Origin: Chiloscyllium plagiosum
Taxonomy: Eukaryota
Length of the DNA stretch: 64,000 nucleotides
Direction of reading: 5' to 3'
Assembly (NCBI RefSeq): GCF_004010195.1
Contig: NC_057750.1
Coordinates: 2,931,167 to 2,995,166 of the forward strand
Shown here: piece by piece, positions 13,528 through 27,645 of the stretch
Numbering within the stretch: position 1 is the stretch's first letter
Layout: each line of letters starts with the position of its first letter
Made by a program: the position numbers and the translations under genes
The notes under the pieces: generated by a model
The model's input: the letters and a program-made list of their open reading frames with translations, nothing else
What the model was told of the DNA's origin: nothing
Databases searched by the model: none

Positions 13528-15018
13528 TCCTTAACTATGTCATTTCTGCCAATGAGTACAACAAATTCTAGCTCCTTACCTTCCCCTTTGACAATATGCT
13601 TCAAATGTCTTGAGATGCCCTTAACCCTGGCACCAGGAAACCAACATATTATCTTTACTGCTGCAGAACCTCCTGCCTGTGCCCCTTGACAGGAGAGTCT
13701 CCTAAACAATTATTCTTTTAAATCCTGACAAACCCTGTTTAACATAAGATTCATTCTTAGTGCCCAAGATCAGACTACAACTTCTGTTTTCCTCTGAGAG
13801 GCTGTCTCTACCCAAAACAGAATATCTGCTTCAGAGGGGAATAGCCACAGGAGGCAATGCTCCAGTTCACAAATAAAGGAAGGCCACTTGGTTGAGGAAC
13901 AAGAGAGCTGCAGCATTAGTGGTCAACAGTTATGGCAGAGAAGAGCGAGAAACAGAAGTAAAGATGGATTTAGGCCAAATTTTCTATATATGATTTAAAA
14001 AGTCTCAAATTCTCTGCAGTTTCATATAGAATAACCACCAATAGCTATATGGTGCCTTTAAAGTAATAAACAACTTCAATGTGCCTCATAGGAGCAATTA
14101 TGAGGCTGAGCCATATGAAGTGATAGTAGGTCAGATGAGTAAAACCTTGATCAGAAGATAACAGCTTTTATGCAGTGTCTTAAAGGATAAGAAAATTGGG
14201 GAAAAAAAAATCAAGGAGCTGGAGGTTAGACTTCACACATTGCTGTTTATACTGGGTCAGAGATATGCAAATCCAGCCAGGATTTCCTACCTACTAAACT
14301 TATGCCCAGTAAAGTGAATGACCTGTTGATGCCTGCTATTCACTCTGATTTTCCTTTTCTTTTTTATTCATTGGTGGGATGTGGGCATCACTGGCTACGC
14401 CAGCACTTATTGCCAAGCTATATCATGCCTCAGTTTGAACAACCTTGATGTCATTTTGACAAGATAGGATCAGAAAACAGCTATTGACACAGTGCATATT
14501 AATCTAGTGTACAAGATTACTCTGTTTTCTCAGCCCCAAAGAACACATTCTTCCACCTGCTTGACGAGTCAGTAAACCTTTGTTTTTCAGCTATAAGGTA
14601 CAATTCTTGCATGAGCAATTGGGTTCGATTATTCACCCAGATGCACGTTTTACTTACTGGTACCTTTTTACTGGACATGAAAGTCAAGCAGACAATATGG
14701 CCAATGTTGTGAGGAGTTTAAGATATGCCTACACAGAACAGATCCCAAGTGGTAAATGACAAAAACATGATAACCACCCAGACCAGCAGTTCACTATTCT
14801 ACTCACTGAATGGACATCTAGATTGCCCTTTGCTTTGCAGGTATTCTTCAAGGCTTCAAAAGTTAACTTACAAAATGACACCAGCAGTAGGTGCACATCA
14901 CACCATCTCACACTCACACCAGCTCAAAGCCAAGCCCCTGCCAGCCACCTTTCCAAGTCTTACTCCAAACATCAAAGTGAAGAATAGTAGGGAAGGCAAG
15001 AAAACAATCAAAAGGTTA

Positions 15019-15335
15019 GGGCGGCACAGTGGCTCAGTGGCTAGCACGGCTGCCTCACAGCACCAGGGTCCCAGGTTCAATTCTAGCCTCGGGTGACCGT
15101 CTGTGTGGAGTTTGCACATTCTCCCTGTGTCTGCGTGGGTTTCCTCCAGGTGCTCCGGTTTCCTCCCACAGATGTGCAGGTCAGGTGAATTGGCCATTCT
15201 CAATTGTCCATACTGTTAGGTGCATTAATCAGAGGGGAATGGGTCTAGGTGGGCTACTCTTCGAAAGGTTGGTGTGGATTTGTTGGGCTGAAGGGCCTGT
15301 TTCCACACTGTAGGGAATCTAATCTAATCTAATCA
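15019..15335 (+). mobile_element. tRNA-derived SINE (HE1/V-SINE type), near full length
   Basis: A box tggctcagtgg, B box ggttcaattc, central gtgtggagtttgcacattctcc domain, CR1-like tail, (aatct)n end. Confidence 0.88.
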
Positions 15336-15479
15336 AATCATAGAGGAAAGTGGTTAATAGAAGACTTAGTGAATAAAAAAAACTGACAAAGATGGAGAAG
15401 ACTGAAAATATTCAAGAGCTAAAACAAAATGTACATTTTGTTCTGTGTTATACATCTCTATGACTCTATAATGAGCCAG

Positions 15480-15915
15480 TCATACCCATAACTATTCAAA
15501 GATACGAACATTTTAAATTTGTGTTTAAAGTTCGGTCATCTTTGATCGGAATACAAACAGACTCCAACCTCACACCTCTAATGCATCGTCTGAGCTATCA
15601 CTTTTTTTTAATAAACCCTTAAGTTATCTTGGGAATGTGACTTGAAAGAAGTTCTTGGATTTACATATTAATGAATTGAAACCTGAAATCCATTCTTAAA
15701 AATCAAAGACTTGACAGGAATCTAGCTTTGTTCAATATATCGTATCAGTTGCATGACACTATGATCTTGAGCTATAAATTCTGTGTCTCATGATCCTGGC
15801 CCACTAGCTACCTGCTACCTCAAAGCTAGTACTTCCACCAAATAAACCTGTTGGACTATAATCTGTTGTGATTTTTATCTTTGTTCACCCCAGTCCAACA
15901 CCTGCACCTCCTCAT
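15480..15915 (+). mobile_element. PLE family B 3' fragment
   Basis: Collinear with 37500-37910; ends aataaacctgttggactataa...cccagtccaacacc. Confidence 0.75.
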
Positions 15916-17899
15916 TTTAGCTGCTATATTTTGTCCACTTAAATTGTTTATACCAGACATTTGGTGGCAAGGGGATGGATGAGCTAACTTTTCTGTTCAG
16001 AAATGGATCCTGGGAAAGCAAACTCTAGTTATCCCAGTCAACTGTCACTCTCACAAGAAAGCTACTAGCCTTTGCTTGGGGTGTCCATAAAGAAATGTGA
16101 CTGAGTGTCAAAACTCATTTCATGTGACCAATTTCAAACTCATATCTACATTGTAGTGCTACACCAATGCACATCAACACTTTTCACTCTAAGAAACCTA
16201 GGCTGACTGAAGATTACCCGTTTACTCGTCAACCCCAATCAATTATTCTGATTATTACAATTATTACAGTTACAGTACTGAAGAGTTGTGATGGCACAAT
16301 TACCACCCAAATCCCCAGTCACATTTCTCTGTTTTGCCTCACGTCCAATAGAGATAGAGAATGGATAAACAGACAATTCATCTAGTTTTGTTTCCAACTC
16401 CCCCCCCTTCCCCACCTCCTATTTCAGGGCTACCATTCCCTTATTCTCTGCAAAATCTGCCCCTTTGTCTTCTGAACGTACTACTGCTGAGGTACAATCG
16501 ACCCCAATTAGCAGCCCTACTCGCAGTGTGAATTGCTAAGCAGTCACGGATGGTGTTAGGCTTTGCTCCTCTTTGCTAGTTTTTGGTCTTAAAAATAAAT
16601 CGAATTGAAAAGGCAGCTATTTACAATCCCCATGCAAAATTAAACCAGGATTAAGCCTGAGTTTAAAAATACCAAAGTACTGCTCATTAAAGCAGAAATC
16701 TTTAAAATATTTATAGGAAACCTCATCAACAGATGTGTCTATTGATTTGTTAATATTTACAAGTGCCTTGATGAGAAGAATGAATGTTGACATTTGTGCA
16801 GAGACTTGACACCCGAATAACCTGTACTGCTTAACGCAATTCACCAGATAAAAACATTTCATCGACCAAAGACCTGATGTAATTAAACATTCTGTACTAC
16901 GCTGTATTCCTGAATGCCATCTATTGACAAAAAGACGGTTATATAAACTGAGATCATCCTAATGAGACATTTATTGAAGCCAGATTTCTTTTAAACACTG
17001 ATGTCTTTAAAATCTAGGAACGTTTTGCCAAGTTAATGAAGAAATGAAGACAACCTAAACTACAGTCACATAATCCACTGGCTAGGATGTCTGTGCAGCT
17101 CAGTACCAGTCAGTCCCAGGCACAGACAGCTTCAGACCGACACTAGATTCCGTGAGGCCCATCTCAAAGCACATTTTTTCCTCCTCAATTATATTCTCGT
17201 TGTGCCTCATGATGGAGTGCTGCTGTCACCTCCCACTCCTCTGCAGAAACCTGCATTTACTCCAGTTTAAAGACACTTTAAACATAATCAAGAGACAGCA
17301 TATCTTAGTGCACAAAAATGACCTCAATGTTTGAATCTTTATCGTTAGCGTTCATAGTTAGATCATGAGATAGAAAAACAGGTGACTAACAAGGAATGGC
17401 TAAATGCATGAATACTGAAAAATTAATTCAAAGAGATGAACCTGAGTGAGAAAGGGAAAATCTTATACCATAGTTGCACAAGAGGATCCACCAAAAACAG
17501 ATAAAGATTAACTGATTATTTGAAGAAACCAGTTACACAACCAAACACAAACTTGTGTATACCTGCCATGATTTGTCCACAGTGATTTGAAAAACAATTT
17601 GACCCACTGAAAATCCTTTACTCTCTCCGCATTTTTTAAAAAAGCCTCCCCTAGTCTTGTGAAACTAACATATAGACCTTGTATACAAACAAAACACAGA
17701 AGTTAAGGAGTGTTATGTATGGTTGCAAAGGGTGCAATAGATTAGGGGAGTCCTTGATGCGAGACCAAAATACTCCATGCTTCTCAAAAGTCCCTATGTC
17801 CAATTGCAGCAGAAAATTGGATAGATTGTAAATGATGCAAATAACAGCTGCTTGCTTCTTCAGATTAAAAGGAAGAAAGCACTTGCCTTGGAAGTGGTG

Positions 17900-18387
17900 G
17901 AGTTCAGAAATGATTTAGAAGGATGTTGCCAGGGTTGGAGGATTTGAGCTATGGGGAGAGGCTGAACAGGCTGGGGCTGTGTTCACTGGAGTGTTGGAGG
18001 CGGAGGGGTCACCTTATAGAGGTTTATAAAATTATGAGGGACATCGGTAAGGTAAATAGACAAAGTCTTTTCCGTGGGGTCAAGGAGTCCAGAACTAGAG
18101 GGCATAGGTTTAGGGTGAGAGGGGAAAGATATAAAAGGGACCTAAGGGGCAATGTTTTCACACAGAGGGTGATACGTGCATGGAATGAGCTGCCAGAGGA
18201 AGTGATGGAGGTTGGTACAATTGCAATGTTTAAAAGGCATTTGGATGGGTATATGAATAGGAAGGGTTTGGAGGGATATGGGCTGGGTGCTAGCAGGTGG
18301 GACTGGATTGGGTTGGGATATCAGGTCTGTATGGACGGGTTGGACCGAAGGGTCTGTTTCCGTGCTGTACATCTCTATGACTCTATG
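17900..18387 (+). mobile_element. CR1 3' fragment (ORF2 C-terminus plus tail)
   Basis: ORF 17923 MLPGLEDLSYGERLNRLGL...TRGH...FTQRVIRAWNELP; ctatgactctat tail. Confidence 0.92.
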
Positions 18388-18444
18388 AGTGAAGTTTCAT
18401 CACACTGGCACCTGGGAAGAGAGGCAGAGTAAGTCTATACCATC

Positions 18445-18810
18445 TGGCGGTGAGAAGAATGGGAGGTGATCTCATTAAAGTATACAAGATTCTGAGAGGG
18501 CTTGACAGGTTAGATGCTGAGGTTGCCTTCCCCGGCTGGGGAACGAACTGGCGCTTTCACAGGATAATCATCGGCCCATTACTAAGGACAGCAATGAGGA
18601 GAAATTTCACCATTCAGAAAACTGCGCATCTTTGTAATTGGCTGTCAGAGAACATTTTGGATATTCCATCCATTAAACAAATCCAAGATTGAGATAAATC
18701 AAAGGATACAGGGGAGGAGGCAGGAAAGTAGAATTGGGCTAAGAGATTAACATGATCAGATAAAATGGTGGAGCAGATTCATGGGCCACATGTCCTACTC
18801 CTGCCTTTAC
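18445..18810 (+). mobile_element. Older CR1-subfamily 3' fragment
   Basis: RRMGGDLIKVYKILRGLD remnant; tail ...cctactcctgc. Confidence 0.7.
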
Positions 18811-21209
18811 TTCTTCAGCTAAATTCTTAATCAGGTGCACGGATATATCCGGCAGAAACAATTTGCACGTTCTGACAGTTCCAAACTGTTTCACCCATTA
18901 CCACCTCATAATCGAGCAAACAGAAAATGAAACCTGAAAAGGTGGTTCCAAAATCTCAGAAACAAACAAGGATTCCAATGATTTTAGGCACTTTCAGTAA
19001 AAGGCTGGGTTTCAAGAGGATGACAAAATTGCAAAGTTGAAGCATTTTGCAAACAATTACCATTAGAAGTTTGGATGCTCGGGACACAGACGTCTTAAAT
19101 TCATAGCAGTTACAACATTCATTCAATAAACACAAAGAAGTGCAGATATTGGTGATCAGAAACAAACAGAATGCCGGCAGCATCTGTGAAGAGAAAGCAG
19201 AGTTAGGGTTTTGAATCCTGAATTTCACAGGACTCGAAACATTAACTTTGTTTTCTTTCCATTGATGCTGCCAGAGTCTCTCCAGCAATTTGTGTTTTTG
19301 TTTGTTTGTTTTAGGTCATTCATTCACGAGGTAACTTCAGAAAATCAAAGAACTAGCCTCAAAGTTCACTTCAACTTTGTCACTTAAACAAAATGGATAC
19401 AGTCACTTAAAGAGAAAGCAGTCATCAATAGGATAGCAACTTGAGGTATCAACTTCTTTTCAATTTATCACTGGATTTGGTAATTCATTTAAGCAATAAA
19501 ATGTCAATGCCACTGAGGATGAATTCAGGGAAGCGCTGAATCTAACAGACTGAGTAAGTAAACCAGTACTGCAGGCACACAATTGAAGTGATGATTAATA
19601 AAATACTTGTGTGTTTGTTAGGCAAGCAACAGTCCCTATGAATTCTGTCAAAAGGTCATCAATCTGCAACGTTAACTCTGTCACTCGGCACAGATGCTGC
19701 CTGAACTGCTGACCAACACTTTGTTTATTTTTCCAATTTCCAGCATCCACAGTATTGCCAAACTATCTAAACACTGTTTTGCACTCAGAACACGGAGGTG
19801 TGCCAAAGAAGAAAGTGTGTAATTCTGTGTCAGGCAAACAAACTCCAACTTAACACGGCTCTCTGTAGCTTGGACATCATAGCAACTGTCTCCATGCTTA
19901 AAGAATGCTAAATCAGGCTGGTCAGAAATAAATACTGGTTCATGCTAAACTTCAGTATTGAGACTCAGTGTCACAGCCAATGGCATTAGAACTCAATTCT
20001 TCTAAATAAATAAATATTATCAAACCAAAGTGGAGTGTCCAAACTTGAGACACACATAGCTGCCCAAACCTTGGCAATATGACTCTGGAAAGGTTGAAAA
20101 ACTTCGTCTAAGGGATGCATGTAATTCTTTACTGTTAGTTTGTTCTGTTTAAATTTCATGACCTTGACAGCCTCACTGGAGGATTCATTCTAAATAGGAA
20201 CACCCAGGATGTGTCAGTATCAGCAACTCAAGATCTATGCAAGTTCATGTGAATAAATAGATTTTGTGAGCCCCTCCTCTGGATTTACAAGACAAGTGTC
20301 TCTCAAAGTTTGCCCCTACTGTAAAAAAAACTGAAGTAATATTAGAACTTTCTTTTGTTTTTCTACCCCACATGTGACACATAATCAGGTGCTTACATTA
20401 AGAATAGCACTTACATCAGAACACACCCAGAATCTAACCCTGTACAAGGGATTGTGAGGATATATCGTTATAGTTGAGCACAGGTCAAAATGTTGATGAT
20501 TCAAACCTCTTCAGCTCAGAAAGCCAATTGAAGCACCAGAGCCAATTCTAACACTTGACCCCATTTGCCTGGGTGAGCACTGCAAGCTCAGCACACTTCA
20601 GGGATCTGCCACAACTCAATACTGCAATATTTACCTGCAGTCACTGGGGAGCTTCTGACAAATCGCTTTATTTATCTTTGAAAGTTCTTGAAAAATAGTA
20701 GGCGCCTTGGCAGTTGCAAGATTATTTTAAGTAACAAAGCCATTTGCTTATGACACAAAGGATGCCTTTTATCCCCCACTAGCTGCGCTATGTCTTCGTT
20801 AAGACAACTGAAAAGTAATTAACTATGTTATGCTTTCCTTGATACCTCCTGTTTATAAAACTTGCATTGGGATACTCAAACTCCATTTCAACCATTGCCT
20901 GAGGCAAAGTACTTGATGTTCCAACTAGCCAGTGTGCAAGTTTTTTTTCAACTTTGATTCAATTTTAAACTGCTGACCCTCTATGACCCTTTACCATTTG
21001 ATCTCCAATTTTAAAAAAAACTTTGACTATCTGCAACATTAAAAATCTTAATAATGAAACCCTTTTCTTGGCCTTCTCAATGGGAACAGCCCTAGATATT
21101 TTCACATCTCTTTTCAAAGATTTCACAGCCATGGAATTATCCTTGTTTAATCAATGGTTTATCACATCTTAAATCCTAAGGCAGTTCTTGTAACCACTGT
21201 GCAACATAC

Positions 21210-21413
21210 CTTCCGCGGAGCAAGCTGAATAGGTGTTATGTATGACGGATCAACCAGTGGTTTAGGACGTTTAGCAGTGTCTTCGAGGAGGCTCTCCCAT
21301 TGCCTGGGAAGCCCAGTAAACTTCTGCTCCTGCTGATCGAACCCAGTGTGAACACGGTGCTCAAAATTCACAGGTGCTGAGATCTCGACTCGCTTTTTCT
21401 TCTTTCCGAACAT
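21210..21413 (-). CDS. PAK4: First coding exon of a group II p21-activated kinase (PAK4-like): [68 protein letters not shown]
   Basis: CRIB motif [15 protein letters not shown]-terminal poly-Lys and RPKP pseudosubstrate. ATG in ACCATG context at 21413; 204 nt ending at AAG|GTATGT (phase 0; GT at 21209-21208). Acceptor ttttcaccctggcag| puts the exon start at 21434 (21 nt of 5'UTR). RVEISAP, FDQ, LPRQW and PLVDP favour PAK4 over PAK5/6; the paralogue call is less certain than the family call. Confidence 0.9.
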
Positions 21414-22159
21414 GGTTGAGATGAATGTCAAATCCTGCCAGGGTGAAAAGTCACTGTAAACCACTTCTCAAGCGACACAAAATAGAACCACCAAGGGTCT
21501 TTACAATCTACAAACACTAGCTTATTCCATTGCAAAATGGCCGCAAATTAAAAAATATTGAGTCATAAAATTTCCCATAAAATGTAATTATGTACAAGCA
21601 CACCCTAACCACTGCACTCTAGAATTAATTCAACGCGTGAAGTGTTTTGAAGAGCTGTTTCAATATAATTTATAACTTATTAATGACAGAAAACGTAGGC
21701 AACATTTGCAGTATTTCACTGCTAGCTGAACACTGCAGCAATATAATGAGGCTGTTAGGTCTACATCTTACACAAATCCTGATTGTTTTGTTTTTGCTGT
21801 CTCCACATAAACTCTTGCTGGTTGTTCCATGATATTCTGCCCAACTACTGAATTGCCATGTTGGAACCTGGACAATAAATATGGAGTGCAGAAAACCCAA
21901 ATGCATCAGCTGATCCCATTTTTCACCCTGTACATACACAATGGAAAATGGGATCAGGAGTAAGAAATTCAGCAGACATTTTTCTTTCATACATTCATGG
22001 TTTATGAGCAGGCTGATAAACCCAGCATTTATTGCCAATGAGAATGTGATGAGTCACTTTCTTGAACTGTTGCAGTCCCTGTGGTGTAGGTAGACCCACT
22101 GCTTTGTTGAGGGGTGGGAGTTACAGGGTTTTAATCCACCAATCAAACTCCTTACCAGC

Positions 22160-23063
22160 AACAAAATTGGAGGTGTAGTGGACAGCAGAGGGTTACCTCA
22201 GATTACAACAGGTTCTGGACCAGATGGGCCAATGGGCAGTGAAGTGGCAGATGGAGTTTAATTCAGATAAGTGCGAGGTGCTGTATTTTGGGAAAACAAA
22301 TCTTAGCTAGACTTATACACTTAATGGTAAGGTCCTAGGGAGTGTTGCTAAACAAAGAGACCTTGGAGTGCAAGTTCATAGCTCCTTGAAAGTGGAGTCG
22401 CAGGTAGATAGGATAGTGAAGGCGGCGTTTGGTATGCTTTCCTTTATTGGTCAGAGTATTGACTACAGGGGTTGGGAGGTCATATTGCAGCTGTACAGGA
22501 CATTGGTTAGGCCACTTTTGGAATATTGCGTGCAATTGTGGTCTCCTTCCTATCGGAAAGATGTTGTGAAACTTGAAAGGGTTCAGAAAATATTTATAAG
22601 GATATTGCCAGGGTTGGAGTTCTGAGCTACAGGGAGAGGCAGAAAAGGCTGGGGCTGTTTTCCCTGGAGCGTCGAAGATTGAGGGGTGACCTTATAGAGG
22701 TTTACAAAATTATGAGGGGCATGGATAGGATAAATAGACAAAGTATTTCCCCTGGGGTTGGGGAGTCCAGAACTAGAGGGCATAGGTTTAAGGTGAGAGG
22801 GGAAAGATATAAAAGAGACAAAAGGGACAACTTTTTCATGCAGAGTGTGTTACGTGTATGGAATGAGCTGCCAGAGGATGTGGTGGAGGCTGGTACAACT
22901 GCAACATTTTAGAGACATTTGGATAGGTATATGAATAGGAAGGTTTTGGAGGGATATGGGCCCGGTGCTGGCAGGTGGGACTAGATTGGGTTGGGATATC
23001 TGGTCGGCATGGACAGGTTGGACCGAAGGGTCTGTTTCCATGCTGTACATCTCTATGACTCTA
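22160..23063 (+). mobile_element. CR1 3' fragment (about 900 bp)
   Basis: KWQMEFN, LYRTLVRPLLEYCVQLWSP, RGDLIEVYKIMRG motifs and the 3' tail. Confidence 0.93.
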
Positions 23064-26000
23064 AGTCCAGGGGTGCTGATGCTTGGAAAGTCATTGCAGA
23101 CAGGAAGGCATGCTAGAGGTGGGAGAATTTTTAAATTGAGACTGTCCTGCTAGGAGCCTATGTAAGTTAGTGAGCACAGGGTCGATGGTGAATACGTAAC
23201 ATAGCCTGATGCTTTAATACTATACTAAAGGAGTGCTACAACGCTGAACATCTAATTAGATACTGAGCCAATACTGTTCTTCTGTTTGAGAGGACATATA
23301 GCACTACTGGACAATGAGGAGGAGTGCTCCCTGTACCCTTATCAGTATTCATCCCTTGATCAATATACCAAAATATATTTATCAGCCATTTCTGGGATTT
23401 TGGTATGCGCAAATTGGCTGCCGTATCTGTCTTGAGCCTGACAGTACGAAAGTGTCACCAGGACCCAATGGTTTACAAAATTGTGACACGAACACAAAAG
23501 ACCTAAAATGGCATTGCAAATTCCACATTGTAAGGCTAAACTGACTTCCAATTGCTTTTACATGCTTCAATAAACTTTATATCCAAGCTCTGAAATTATC
23601 CAATAATGCCAATGCAAGTTCACATAATATTATACAAATTCATATTCAGTCATCGGAACTGTTAAAATCATACGTGTGCTCAGACCTTCTTTGTATTGCT
23701 AATATCTGCTCTCTCTTATGATGATCAGAAAATCCAGTCCATGAAAAAATACTTGCAAAGAAAAAGACACTGCTGCCTCGATTCATTTTATTGATTTACA
23801 GTCAGAAATCCTAATACCAGGTAGTACTGATGGATTACAAAACTGACATCCAATTGAGAACAAGTATTCAAATATAACAGTCTGGAGTTCGCTGCCGAGG
23901 GATTGGTGGATAAATGGATTACTTGGTGGGGTATGGAGTCTCTCAGACTGGACATTACCAGGTTAAATCCTCACTCCATGCTGAATTTAGTCATTTCTAG
24001 CAGAGCAGCTGTTGGGATTCTTTGTTTGGGTTCAGAAGCACAGGGTCACTGTTGTTACCCTAGATCACAGCTTAGTGCAAGTGTGAGGACAGCCTCCAAT
24101 ATTGAACTGCCACCTGGTCAAGGAACCTCCCCAGACTCATGCCACAGACATTGCAAATATTTTTTGCAGTGGAGAGCAGAAGGGCTTTTTGAAAAACAAA
24201 CGAACTGCAGTGTTTCCGTGAATAGAAACTATAACATTATAAAAACCACTATAAGGATCTCTACGCCTTAATTATTCTGTCACCAGTCGAGGTCAGACAT
24301 TTCTGATAGTCAAAAATGTACCACACTGTCTCTAATTCCCAGTTGTTACTTTAACATTTGCAACTGGAAAACCCAAGGGAGAGCCTTATTAGCTTGCAAT
24401 AGGTCACAATTTCCTAAAGCAAACGACATTTCTCAAATTGGTGTGGTTTGAATACACATTAGCACAAAACAACAGAGCAGAGGAAATAAGCTTGTTAGAA
24501 TTCAGATAGCCAAACAGAGCTGGAAAGAACACTGGAGCCCAGTCTTTATCCACTTACAAGGAGAGCCACACATTGCTTACTGCACACTTCCAGCCAAAAA
24601 CCCCTCAGCCTCCAGCCAAGTACACAGAAAACTTAATCAACATGTTTGGACATGCTATAACTAACCTCTAGAGCAGGTAGGATTGAACCAGAACCTTCTA
24701 GCCCAAAAGTAGGGGACAATACCATTGCCATATTGGCCCTGGGAGCTGCCAAATGAATGCCCACCAACTGAACATAATTAACTCCCAACTGATTTTTTTT
24801 ATTTAACAAAATTTATCTATAGTTTTGGAAAGGTTAACAATGCCTGGTTTAAACAATTTAATGAGAAACACACAAACATGAGCATTGACAGAATTCTTAC
24901 TGACACCAGTTTTCAGAATATTAGATGAAAGCTCTATTCTAGAAGGGGACAGCTACCCTTTTATTACCACAACGCAAAGTCTAAAGTTAAGATTTTCGGG
25001 ATTCTGAGCTCTCCTGTTTAGCGAGAGTTGCTTAACGCTATTTTATATTCGCATTTTTACTCTTAAATTGAGCAATAAAGTCAAAACATGAAGGAAAAAA
25101 AATACCTTTTAAAAAGAAAGATCCCCTCTCACAGTTCCAGTAACTGTTGCAGTGTACAGTAAAAGCAGGGAGACCAGTGGAGAACCCTGACGTGCCCTGA
25201 ATCGAGCTTTTAATGTGGGCTGGAAACAAGATGGGAACAGTTGGCTATGTCCAGAGTGCCTTTGAAGTGAGTCCACATTCTGACCTGGAAAGAGAATTGA
25301 AACACAACATGATATCAGGAAGAATATGTTGTCCTGCACACAATCAAAAAGGCAGTACTCTTAAAAAGGTCCAGAATCAAACAATGGAATCAGATTTACG
25401 AGCTGCTCTGCAGCACAAAAGTCAACCATCGTGGTTTAGTCAGCACATAGCAATGCAATCAGTGTTTCAAAGCACAGTGTGCTTCTTGAACTGACATTGA
25501 TAGAGGAGACAGACTCACAATCAAAGGATTAGCCTCTTCAACAGATGAGTGGGTGGAATAGTTTGTTTGCCTTTAACCAGTAAAACCCATTTTAGAAAGA
25601 AAATGAACAAACAGAAATATCAGATATACGCTGTTCACATTAAAGACATTTACATGAGCCAAGTTATTCTGTACAGAAAGATGAACAATGTATTGCAGCA
25701 CAGAATTCAGCATTTCTGCCACATGTTAAGAGTTAACTTTGCAATAATGTCATAAGAAAATTAGTTTCATTAACCTTCAAGCTGCAATATTATTGAACAG
25801 TGAGATATAATTTCAATTTCAGTAATTCAAAGTGCAGATTGAGAATGTATTGTTTGAAACATACACTACAACCAGAGAAGGACGTTTCATGCCACTCCTG
25901 AATCAGCACAAACGGCAAAGTCAGAACTTCAGTGATGGTGCAATTCAAAGCCATGGAATTAATGCAAAGAATGCCCCATCAATTGATGTTTGTTAAAGAT

Positions 26001-27349
26001 TAGAAATTTTGAGACTTCTTTCCATGTAACATGGTTGCTATGATATGGGATTTCAGAACAGAAACAGTAGTGGAAACAAAGTCCAACTTTTTTTTAAAGA
26101 AATAAACAGGCAAATATTTGAAAATAAATATTAATAGGGTAAGTAGAAATAGCATAGGGTTAGGAATAAATGGCTGGATAATTTTTGGAGATGTCACATG
26201 GATGATGAAAGAGTTGCCGTATTCTAGCTGTAATAAGCAACAACAGCTAAGCTGGCCCTATATAATATATAATTATTGGCCCTATACAATATATTCGCGA
26301 AAATTATAACTTGCTCCAATTAATTAGTATTGTATTGTGACTTTCAACCAATGTTTGCAAAGGCTTTCGATGTTTAATAAGAATTTATGTTGCTGATACA
26401 GAACAGTTCTGACATGACGGGCCAAATGGCCTCCTTTCACAGAGCCTGTGTGCCCTTGCATTTAAGGCACAGAATAAGACGAAAGAGATACCCAGCCACA
26501 CTACCAAGAGACCTGCGAGTGCATGAGTGCTGGCCAGAGAGAAAGCAATGTTCAGCTGTGATGCCCACAATGGTCAACTTGTGCAATCCACAAAATGCCC
26601 AAGCTCATGTATAAGTAGTGGATAGGATTGGAAAATGGAATCTATACTCACAGGGGAGGGGGATAAATGTTAATTTGGTAAGGAGATCTTTGAGAGAATA
26701 TTAGTTTAATTTAAAAAAAAAACTCCATTAGGTTTCATCACCAGCATAAGCAACATTTTTACATGTACTTCGCATAAATAGAAAGAGATATAGAACATGC
26801 ATGAAAAAGGACGCCTCTAAAGCACCACTGCCGGTCACTTTATTCACCTATACTCCCACTTTCAAGCACTCTCTTTACTGGGTTGATGAGAACTTAGTGA
26901 TGGGTTAGACCCAAATAGCTTCAAAAAGTGCTGGCTGTCAGGGTGATCACAGGCCATCCCAGAGTTTGTACTTTTTAAATAATTCTCTCTCAAATTCCAG
27001 GAACTAGCTTCTTACAATGAAATTCCTTTCACATTTTGGATTATGTTTTACCCCATCTGCAGCATGCTAATCTTTTGAATTGCATCACTGACACATGCAG
27101 TCAGAACAAAATAGCTGCTGTCTCTTTAAAGGCAAATTTATAATTATATTACAATTGGGTTTGGCACCATTAGGCAACTGAAAGGGACAAGGAGAATCAA
27201 AGTCTCCACTCCTGATTGCAATAAAGTGAGTTAACTTCAAAAGCAAATGTTTAAAAAGGTGCGGTGAACAATGCCTGCACATTGAACATTCACGCTCAAA
27301 ATGGAGGTAGCTGCTTAGGTGAGGTTTGTACCAGAGGAATTTTTTTTCT

Positions 27350-27645
27350 CAAACACTAAAGCACTGGAAATACTCAGTAGGTCAGGCAGCTCATGTGGAC
27401 AGAAACAGAGTTAACAGCACAGGTCAAAATGACCTTTGTACTGATGGCTTCTGATGAAAGGTAATCATGACCTGAAAACATGTGGAGAGACACAGAATTA
27501 ATGATTCAGGTTGAGATGACGCTTTGTCAGTATCCGGCTTCATCGGCAGTGCTAACTATTTCTCTGTCCACAGACTCTACCTGACCTGAACACTTCCAGC
27601 AGTTGGGCTCTTATTTCAATTTTGCAACATTTGCAGTTTCTTAAT
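27350..27645. mobile_element. Old fold-back PLE family C remnant
   Basis: ctggaaatactcagtaggtcaggcagc ... ctgatgaaaggt...acctgaaa ... with an inverted arm at about 27555-27640; similar to 51425-51640. Confidence 0.55.

Larger units (their letters stand above)
10873..13850 (-). mobile_element. Long decayed CR1 LINE (3' tail, RT, EN and ORF1 esterase remnants) with nested insertions
   Basis: RT motifs across 10.9-12.2 kb, EN remnant about 12.8-13.3 kb, ORF1-like CWFPGARVKGI...VVLIGRNDI at about 13530-13650. Confidence 0.8.

Noticed and set aside
15019..15095. tRNA gene
   Set aside because: A and B boxes belong to a SINE head; no full cloverleaf. The same applies to the other SINE copies.
21414..21464. 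Longer N-terminus [10 protein letters not shown]... and C-terminal VCCTVV... in the ORF track
   Set aside because: The start is a GTG upstream of the splice acceptor, and the tail reads through the donor into intron.
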